Shown: positions 57,762-64,000 of the stretch, in pieces | Layout of the letters: every line of letters begins with the position of its first letter | Numbering within the stretch: the stretch's first letter is position 1 | Source of the DNA: Planctomycetota bacterium | Lineage (GTDB): Bacteria > Planctomycetota > Brocadiia > CAIUPP01 | Assembly: GCA_022705425.1 (NCBI GenBank) | Contig: JAKJEM010000006.1 | Location: forward strand, 25,858-89,857 | Direction of reading: 5' to 3' | Length of the DNA stretch: 64,000 nt | Made by a program: the position numbers and the translations under genes | The notes under the pieces: generated by a model | Databases searched by the model: none | The model's input: the letters and a program-made list of their open reading frames with translations, nothing else | What the model was told of the DNA's origin: nothing

Positions 57762-59279
57762 TTACTGCCCCTTTTTCATTCCGCCGCCGGTGTAGGTGAC
57801 CTTGTACTTGCTTTCGAGCCGCTGGTGGGCCTGACTGGACTGCGCGGAGCCTGGGTAGAGGTCGAGAACGCGCTTGAAGGTGGCGATGGCGCGCTCCTTG
57901 TCTCCTTCCTGATTGCGGCGCTCGTAGCAGAGACCGCTGCGCCACATGGCCTCGGGGGCCTGGGCTTTGAAGAAGCCGACGATTTCCTGGTAGTCCTTGA
58001 GGGCGAGGTCGTATTTCTTCCAGGCCTCGTGGCATTCGGCGATGCGGAAGAGATACTCGGGAGGACTTTGCTCGCTCTGGCGATAGGCGTTGATGGCCTT
58101 TTCGTAGTTGCCGCTCAGGTACTGATGGAGGTTGCCGACGCGATAGAGGGCCTGCTTGGCCAGGTCGGGGAAGTCGGCAACGACCTTCATGTAGGCGGCT
58201 TCGGCCTCGGCGACGTTGCGCTGGCGATAGTAGGACTCGGCCAGTTGCATGGCCCCGCGGGACTTGCTCTTGAAGCGCATGTACTGAAGGCGCGCTTCGG
58301 GCCACTTGCCGTTCTCTTCGAGAGCCAGGCCGTACTGGTAGCGCCAGTCATCATCATCGGGGTTGGCTTCGAGAAGCTTTTCATAGGCTTCGAAGGCCTT
58401 GTCGGGGCGTCCGGAGTAGCGATAGGCCTGGGCGATCATGCCCTGGGCTTCCTTGACGTGGCGCTTGTCCTTGGGGAACTGCTCGATGAGGCCCTGGAGA
58501 ATCTCGACAGCCTTGTCCATGAACTTGCGGCCTTCGTCGGTCTTCTTCTGGCTGTGGTAGAGCCAGTGTCCGCGATCATAACGGCGCTGGGCGAGGTACC
58601 GCTCGGTCTCGACGGGATTGCGGCGTTGGCGGCAGACGGCGCGGGCGGCGTCGAGATCGTCGGCGCGGAAGAGGTAATGGTCCACCAGCCAGTCCACGGC
58701 CTGATTGAAACGGGCGGACTTCGGGGCATCGTCCACGAGGCGTCGTCGAAGCTCGAAGGCCTTCTCGTAGAGATCGCGCTGGAGTTGGATTTCGGAGGCT
58801 TCCCAGAGGGCGTCGCCGGCGACGGGTTCCTTGGGATACTGGGTCATGACCTGGACGTACTGCTGGACGGCGAGTTCCTGCTCGCCGGTCTTGGCGTGGC
58901 AGCGTCCGATGGCGAAGGCGGCGGCGGGGGCTTCGGGGGAGTCGGGGAAGTAGGAGACGACGGCCTTGTATTCTTTGATGGCCTGGTTGATGAGGTTGCG
59001 GTTCTCGCAGCAGGCGGCGATCATGAACTGGGCATAGGGGGCGCCGGGGCTCTTGACGTAGAGGTTGATGAACTTCTCGTATTCGGCCTGGGCGCTTTCC
59101 CACTTGCGGTCCTGGACAAGTTTTTCGGCGACGTCCATCTGGTAGCGTTCGGCTTCGCGCAGTTCGCCGTAGCGTTTGGTGTCCAGGCGGGCGGGGGCGT
59201 CCGGGGCGAGGACGCAGGCCATCAGCGCCGCGCACAGGACGGTCGCCCAGTTCGGTGCGTTGGCTGCGCGTCGGATCAT
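57762..59279 (-). CDS. Secreted tetratricopeptide-repeat protein (CpoB/BatC-like)
   Basis: Multiple TPR-like helical repeats (W-LG-Y, AxxAY patterns); signal peptide. Confidence 0.65.
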   Translation of the reverse strand: MIRRAANAPNWATVLCAALMACVLAPDAPARLDTKRYGELREAERYQMDVAEKLVQDRKWESAQAEYEKFINLYVKSPGAPYAQFMIAACCENRNLINQAIKEYKAVVSYFPDSPEAPAAAFAIGRCHAKTGEQELAVQQYVQVMTQYPKEPVAGDALWEASEIQLQRDLYEKAFELRRRLVDDAPKSARFNQAVDWLVDHYLFRADDLDAARAVCRQRRNPVETERYLAQRRYDRGHWLYHSQKKTDEGRKFMDKAVEILQGLIEQFPKDKRHVKEAQGMIAQAYRYSGRPDKAFEAYEKLLEANPDDDDWRYQYGLALEENGKWPEARLQYMRFKSKSRGAMQLAESYYRQRNVAEAEAAYMKVVADFPDLAKQALYRVGNLHQYLSGNYEKAINAYRQSEQSPPEYLFRIAECHEAWKKYDLALKDYQEIVGFFKAQAPEAMWRSGLCYERRNQEGDKERAIATFKRVLDLYPGSAQSSQAHQRLESKYKVTYTGGGMKKGQ

Positions 59280-59286
59280 CCGGGCC

Positions 59287-60363
59287 TCACTTCGTTTCGG
59301 GGTTGTGGATCTTGTAGTGGTAGCGTCCGGCGTAGTCCATGACGTTGACGCCCATTTCGAAGGCGGCTTCCCAGGCGCTCTGCGGGGCGCCGGAGTGGCC
59401 GTCCTTCCAGGCGTCGCCGATGTCGCCTTGGTGATAGAATATCACCCAGCGGCCCTGATGGCGAACGCCGAGGGCGCGGTAGCCGCTGTGGTGCCAGAGG
59501 GGCGGGGCGCCGGGCAGGGCGTAGGGGGCCTGGAAGATCTCGTCGTCAAAGGGGATTTCGACGATGGGGTTCTGGGGCATGAGGCGGCGCGCGAGGTTCA
59601 TGAAGGCGCCGTGGAAGGAGCCGCCGCCGTTGTCGGCAAAGATCATGCCGCCGCGGTCGGTGAGGTACTCGCGAAGAATCTTGACCTCGGCCTCGTTGAG
59701 GACGATGTTGCGCTCGCCGGTGATGTAAAGGAAGGGCGGGGAGCCGTTTCGGGGCATCTTGGCAAGTTCGCGGGGGGTGACGTATTCGGCGCGCTCGGCG
59801 GTCTTCATGCCGGTGCGGCGGGCGAATTCGATGAGCATGTTGGTGTCGGAGCGGCCGTCGAGGTCCTGGTCCCAGTCGCCGCCGTCGTACTTGAGGCGGA
59901 TGAAGCGCATGGCGCCGCCGGCACCGCCGCCGTAGCCGGCGCCTTTGCCCTTTCCGGCTCCGGCGCCGATGCGCCCGCTGTAGGCGTTTTCGGTGAGCTT
60001 GTCGAGGCGGAGGTCCACGTCGAGCACGTCGGGGAAGTTGAAGGCGATTTCAGAGTGGGGGTTGTGGATGATGCGAGGTTTCTTCTTGACCTGGACGCGC
60101 TTGACGGGCTTCGCTTCGACCTTGCCGCCGGCGGGCGGCTTGTACGGGGGAACGCGATGGAAGAGGGACCAGAGGAAGGGCAGGAGGGAGAGGAAGATGA
60201 CGGCGGCGTGGAGGGCGAGGGACCACTTGATGGCGCGGGAGTAGCGGCGATCGCCGCCGGCGAACTGGTCGGTGAAACGGCGGTCGAGTTCGGCGGCAAA
60301 GCGCCGGAGGCGCGCGCGCCAGACGGGACGAGGGCGTTGGTCGGGTGAGCGGGTGTCGGACAT
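59287..60363 (-). CDS. DUF4159-domain membrane protein
   Basis: N-terminal TM (LALHAAVIFLSLLPFLWSLF); C-terminal class-I-amidotransferase-like DUF4159 pattern (MIFADNGGGSFHGAFMNLARRLMP...IPFDDEIFQAPYAL). Confidence 0.55.
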   Translation of the reverse strand: MSDTRSPDQRPRPVWRARLRRFAAELDRRFTDQFAGGDRRYSRAIKWSLALHAAVIFLSLLPFLWSLFHRVPPYKPPAGGKVEAKPVKRVQVKKKPRIIHNPHSEIAFNFPDVLDVDLRLDKLTENAYSGRIGAGAGKGKGAGYGGGAGGAMRFIRLKYDGGDWDQDLDGRSDTNMLIEFARRTGMKTAERAEYVTPRELAKMPRNGSPPFLYITGERNIVLNEAEVKILREYLTDRGGMIFADNGGGSFHGAFMNLARRLMPQNPIVEIPFDDEIFQAPYALPGAPPLWHHSGYRALGVRHQGRWVIFYHQGDIGDAWKDGHSGAPQSAWEAAFEMGVNVMDYAGRYHYKIHNPETK

Positions 60364-60426
60364 CGGGCGACATTTCTCATGCGGCGCGCGCGGGGGTGTC
60401 ACGTCGGGGCGCGCGCCGGCGGCGCG

Positions 60427-60855
60427 CTACTTGAGGTCATCGAGCGTCTTCTTGATTTCGTCGCGGGCTTCAAAGGGATTCTTGGGGATTTCGTCGCTCT
60501 TGGCCGGGGTGTTGTCAATGCCCTGGCGCTTGTAGTAGTCGTCCTTCTGGCCGGTGGGTTTGTCGGGCGCCGACGGCGGTTTGGGAGGCTGGTCGGGCTT
60601 GGCGGCGGCGCCTTTGGCGGCGGGGGGCGCGGCGGGGTCCTTGGCGGCGGGCGCGGCGGTGGTAGTTGTGGCCGACGCGGCGGCGGGTGGTTTCTTGGGC
60701 AGGATCATGTTCACGGACAGGGCGCCAATGAGGACGACGTGGAAGATGACGGAGTAGATGACGTACTTGCGCAGGGGGCTCATGACGGCGTCATGCGCGA
60801 ACTGGCGGCTGACGCGCCCGACTTCGGCAAGGTCGGCGAAGAATCTGAACTTCAT
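60427..60855 (-). CDS. TonB/TolA-like proline/alanine-rich membrane protein (no recognisable C-terminal TonB domain)
   Basis: TM YVIYSVIFHVVLIGALSV, then a Pro/Ala/Lys-rich spacer. Sits downstream of exbB/exbD-like genes. Confidence 0.5.
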   Translation of the reverse strand: MKFRFFADLAEVGRVSRQFAHDAVMSPLRKYVIYSVIFHVVLIGALSVNMILPKKPPAAASATTTTAAPAAKDPAAPPAAKGAAAKPDQPPKPPSAPDKPTGQKDDYYKRQGIDNTPAKSDEIPKNPFEARDEIKKTLDDLK

Positions 60856-60892
60856 GGATCGAACTCCGTATGCTGTGCGCAGGGGCCGGGGA

Positions 60893-61351
60893 TCAGGGGG
60901 TGGCCGTGACGGGGCCGGAGGAGGCGCCGGCGGCGGTTTCCTCTTCCATGATGAGGACCATGATCCCGTCGAGCCGGTTCACGATGTCTATGGCGGTGAC
61001 AACGGTCTGCCATTCGATAGTCTTATCGGCTTTGATGGTTACGGAGCGCGCTTCGTCGTCCTTGGCATCCTTGAGCATATCGGCCAGGGACTGCTCGATG
61101 GCTTCGGGGGACATGGGGACGCCGTTGAAGTAATACTGGCCCTTCTTGCTGATGACGATGCTCTTTTCGCGGACTTTCTTCTGCTCGGTCTTCTTGGCCT
61201 GGGGCAGGGTGAGTTCGATGCCGGATTCCTTGACGATGGTGCTGGTGAGCATGAAGAAGATGATGAGGAGGAAGGCGACATCGGCCATCGAGGAGAGGGG
61301 GATGGTCGCTTCAGTTTTTCGGCTGGTCCTGATCTTCACGGCTTTCCTCAC
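60893..61351 (-). CDS. Biopolymer transport protein ExbD/TolR
   Basis: IPLSSMADVAFLLIIFFMLTS... ExbD signature. 4-nt overlap with the upstream gene. Confidence 0.8.
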   Translation of the reverse strand: MRKAVKIRTSRKTEATIPLSSMADVAFLLIIFFMLTSTIVKESGIELTLPQAKKTEQKKVREKSIVISKKGQYYFNGVPMSPEAIEQSLADMLKDAKDDEARSVTIKADKTIEWQTVVTAIDIVNRLDGIMVLIMEEETAAGASSGPVTATP

Positions 61352-62013
61352 GCGCTCTGGGGCGTCTGGCTGCCGGTCCGGGACTGTTCGACGACGGCTT
61401 CGACGAGTTCGGCGGAGGTGACTTCCATGTTGAGGACGAAGTCCTTGACGCGCGTGGTGAAGTGGTTGTAGGCGATGAAGGCGGGGATGGCGATGAAGAG
61501 GCCGGCAGCGGTAGTGAGGAGGGCCTCGGAGATGCCGGTGGCGACGATTTCGGGCCGCATACCGCCGGCGCTGGCGATGTCGTTGAAGGAGCGGATCATG
61601 CCGGTGACGGTGCCGAGGAAGCCGAAGAGGGGCGCGATGTTGCCGACGGTGACGAGGACGACGATGTACTTTTCGAGGTTGTTGACGACGTAGGGGGCGT
61701 GGTCTTCCATGGCTTTGACGACGCCCTGCTCGACCTGGTCGTCGGGGCGGCCGAGGGACTTGAGCTGACGGTAACGGCGCAGGCCGACGACGAGGATTTC
61801 GGCGATGGGGAGAGGCGTCTGCTCACAGAGCCGGATGGCGCCGTCGGTGTCGCCCTGCCGGAGAAGGGCCATCAACTGGTCGCGGAAGGGCGCGGGGTCG
61901 GCCCGGAGGACTTCGAGAGACCGACGGCGTTCGAGGATGACGGCGACCATGGCGATCGAACAGAGCATCAGCGGGACCATGCAGATGCCGCCCTTGACGA
62001 TATACTCCCACAT
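61348..62013 (-). CDS. MotA/TolQ/ExbB proton-channel protein
   Basis: 3 TM; GNIAPLFGFLGTVTGMIRSF motif. Confidence 0.85.
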   Translation of the reverse strand: MWEYIVKGGICMVPLMLCSIAMVAVILERRRSLEVLRADPAPFRDQLMALLRQGDTDGAIRLCEQTPLPIAEILVVGLRRYRQLKSLGRPDDQVEQGVVKAMEDHAPYVVNNLEKYIVVLVTVGNIAPLFGFLGTVTGMIRSFNDIASAGGMRPEIVATGISEALLTTAAGLFIAIPAFIAYNHFTTRVKDFVLNMEVTSAELVEAVVEQSRTGSQTPQSA

Positions 62014-62040
62014 GGGGGTCGCTCCAGAACAGAGGGGACG

Positions 62041-62137
62041 ATAGACGACGGACGACGGACGGCAGACGACAGACGACGGACGACGGACGACAGACGACGA
62101 ACGATAGACGGCGGACGGCGGACGACGACAACGACGG
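62041..62137. repeat. Degenerate GAC-rich intergenic repeat (GACGACGGAC / GACGACAGAC units)
   Basis: About 9 imperfect decamer units between the exbB start and the TPR gene stop; shares the 12-mer GACGACAGACGA with the 26128 tandem repeat. Confidence 0.6.
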
Positions 62138-64000
62138 CTATTCCATCTTCTCGAAGACGGGGGCGGTGAGTTTGCCGCGGGCCCACTTGGCCCACTTGCT
62201 TTCGGGGAAGTCCCAGACGACGCGCTTGAACATCTGGTACGCCTTCTGGTTGTCGTTGGCTTTCATGTACGAGTCGCCCGCCCAGTAGAGGGCGGCGGCT
62301 TTGAGCTTGCTTTCGGGGTACTTGTCAATAAAGGACTGGAAGTGCTCGGCAGCGGGGCGGAACTTCTCATCCATGATGAGGGCAAGGCCCATCTTGAACC
62401 AGACTTCCTCGATGGCGCCGTGCATGGGGTACTTCTCGATGAAGCGCTGGAAGACGGCGACAGACTGGGGGAACTTCTTGTCGTCGAAGAACTTGAGTCC
62501 GATGCGGATCATGGCGTCGCCGACGAGGGTGTTGTCGGGATACTTGTAGGCGAGCCGGACGTACTCGTCGCAGGCGGTGTCGAAGTCGCCCTTCTTCTCG
62601 TAGCACATGCCGATGTGATACTGGGCGTTGGGGGCGACGGGGCTCTCGGGCCAGTTGGCGGCGATGCGGCGGTAGATGTCAATGGCTTCGTCGTAGCGCT
62701 GCTGCTCCTGGACGAGACTGCCGAGCAGATAGGCGGCCTGGTCTATCTTCGCGTTCTCCGGATAGGCGCGAACGAGGTCGTCGAGGATGCGCTGGCCGGT
62801 GGCGAGTTCCTCGCGGGCGAGTTTCTGGAGTTCTTCCTTGGCTTCGGGCTTGGTCTCCTCCTCGGCGAGCTTCATGTGCTTGCGCCCGAGGTAGTAGTAG
62901 CTTTCACCGATCTTGAACTGGGTTTCGACGGCGATCTGGACGGTGGGGTACTTGCGCCCGAAGGCGGCGACGGCGCCGTCGGAGCCGATGACGACCCTGG
63001 CCTCGGCGACGCGCTCGACGGGCTGGGACTTCTCGGTGTTCTTCTCGTCCAGGTAGGTCGCTTTGATCCTGGCGTCGAAATCGGCCTCGAACTTGTCGTT
63101 GTTGGGGTCGGGCGGCGCGGCCTGTTCGAGCAGGACGGCGCGAGTGAAGACGCCGCTGTGGCTGAGCGTTTCGGTGAGTTCGACGACGCACTTGTCGCCG
63201 GTGCTGGATTCGAGGACGACCTTGATGACGTCGCGGTCATTGGTCAGATCGGCATCGGGGTCCACAACCTTGAGGTAGAGGTTCTCGCCGATGTGGGCGG
63301 TGGCGGCGGAGGTTTCGTACTGGTCGTCGAAGAAGCCGATGAGGGCGTTGGTGGCGAGGCGGGCGGTGTCCTCGCGAGGGGTGTTGGGCGGGTCGCGGGG
63401 CGAGACGGCGTCCACGTAAACGGCCTTGATGACGTCCTGGCCGGCGACATTGAGGACGGGGACTTCGGCGCCCTTCTTCTGGCCGCCGGCAAAGCGGCGG
63501 GCGTCGAGTTTGAGGGCCTCAACGACGAAGCCCGGCGAGTCCTTGTCGCCGAGGTTCATGCGGATTTCGCCCACGAAGACGCCCTCGCGAAGGGCCTTGT
63601 ATTGTTCGGTTTCGCGCAGGTTCTGGGGTCCGCCGACGTAGCATTCGACCTCGGCGGTGGCGCCGGCGGTGGTGGTGAGGTTCACGGTGACGGTGTCGCC
63701 GGTGCTCTTGGCGCGGTCGGGGTCGGTGACGACAACGACAAGGGGCTCGTCGAGAGAGACGAGCTTGGTGCGGTTCGGGTCGGACGGGGGCGGCGGCGGG
63801 GGTTCTTTGGCCGGGGCGCGCCCGCGCGCGGGAGCCTTGGGCTGGTGTTCGCGGATGACGATGCTGCCGCGCGAGGGTTCATTGACGAGGAGTTCGGCCG
63901 TGCGCGGGCAGGCGTTGCCGGGAAGGGTGTTCTCCTTGTCCACGTAGGACACGGTGATCTTGTCGCCGGGTTTGACGAGGAGGGCGTCGCCCTGGCGCGT
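62138..64000 (-). CDS. TPR-repeat protein with N-terminal beta-rich domain (5' partial; the frame is open to the window end)
   Basis: C-terminal TPRs (YHIGMCYEKKGDFDTA..., LYWAGDSYMKANDNQKA...). In-frame sequence continues upstream of the annotated GTG at 63952 with no stop before position 64000. Confidence 0.65.
   Translation of the reverse strand, partial: TRQGDALLVKPGDKITVSYVDKENTLPGNACPRTAELLVNEPSRGSIVIREHQPKAPARGRAPAKEPPPPPPSDPNRTKLVSLDEPLVVVVTDPDRAKSTGDTVTVNLTTTAGATAEVECYVGGPQNLRETEQYKALREGVFVGEIRMNLGDKDSPGFVVEALKLDARRFAGGQKKGAEVPVLNVAGQDVIKAVYVDAVSPRDPPNTPREDTARLATNALIGFFDDQYETSAATAHIGENLYLKVVDPDADLTNDRDVIKVVLESSTGDKCVVELTETLSHSGVFTRAVLLEQAAPPDPNNDKFEADFDARIKATYLDEKNTEKSQPVERVAEARVVIGSDGAVAAFGRKYPTVQIAVETQFKIGESYYYLGRKHMKLAEEETKPEAKEELQKLAREELATGQRILDDLVRAYPENAKIDQAAYLLGSLVQEQQRYDEAIDIYRRIAANWPESPVAPNAQYHIGMCYEKKGDFDTACDEYVRLAYKYPDNTLVGDAMIRIGLKFFDDKKFPQSVAVFQRFIEKYPMHGAIEEVWFKMGLALIMDEKFRPAAEHFQSFIDKYPESKLKAAALYWAGDSYMKANDNQKAYQMFKRVVWDFPESKWAKWARGKLTAPVFEKME

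Noticed and set aside
62041-62137. Possible CRISPR-like array
   Set aside because: Repeats are degenerate 10-mers without unique spacers of regular length and with no cas genes nearby. This is a microsatellite-like GAC-rich tract.
1-64000. tRNA or rRNA genes
   Set aside because: No GGTTCGAATCC-type T-arm motifs outside coding frames were seen; each candidate match (for example around 941 and 3481) lies inside a supported CDS in its frame.

Overview
This is a high-GC (roughly 68-70%) bacterial chromosomal window. Prepilin-like DUF1559 proteins, DUF4159, PA14/PKD secreted proteins and Arg-rich ORFs point to a PVC-superphylum organism, probably Planctomycetota-like. Coding density is high. I count about 58 protein genes and no tRNA, rRNA, CRISPR or transposase signatures.

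Gene content, in order along the window:
- A signalling cluster (1-6735): sensor kinase, orphan solute-binding protein, second kinase, a stand-alone receiver, and a receiver-PAS-PP2C phosphatase. It is followed by an AlgE-like outer-membrane barrel (6989-8425).
- Housekeeping and small accessory genes: dnaK, nth, a LarE-like PP-loop ATPase, a PIG-L deacetylase, a URO-D family protein and a HEPN/MNT toxin-antitoxin pair (16821-17520).
- An amino-sugar modification operon (17604-22257) with two Gfo/Idh/MocA dehydrogenases, a DegT aminotransferase and a SIS-domain protein.
- A long minus-strand operon (34345 down to 26794) driven by a clear cobalamin riboswitch. Its first gene is a type-IV-pilin-like DUF1559 protein, then a CxxC lipoprotein, cobC-cobU-cobT-cobS and a BtuFCD-type ABC importer.
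- lptF/G-like permease, trpE and tsaB (34414-38273).
- The most unusual locus (39095-44563, minus strand): a four-gene cluster of a secreted membrane-fusion protein, a DUF3467 protein, a GAF-GAF-TM-HlyD protein and a site-2-protease(M50)-HlyD fusion. No pump or outer-membrane channel partner is encoded with it.
- Paralogous GH-like beta-propeller genes, a GT4 glycosyltransferase, gatB, a GH5-like hydrolase, a PA14-PKD-SGNH secreted protein, and a Tol-like ExbB/ExbD/TonB-like cluster with TPR, PD40 beta-propeller and DUF4159 proteins.

Many long antisense ORFs in the six-frame track are compositional artefacts of the GC content.
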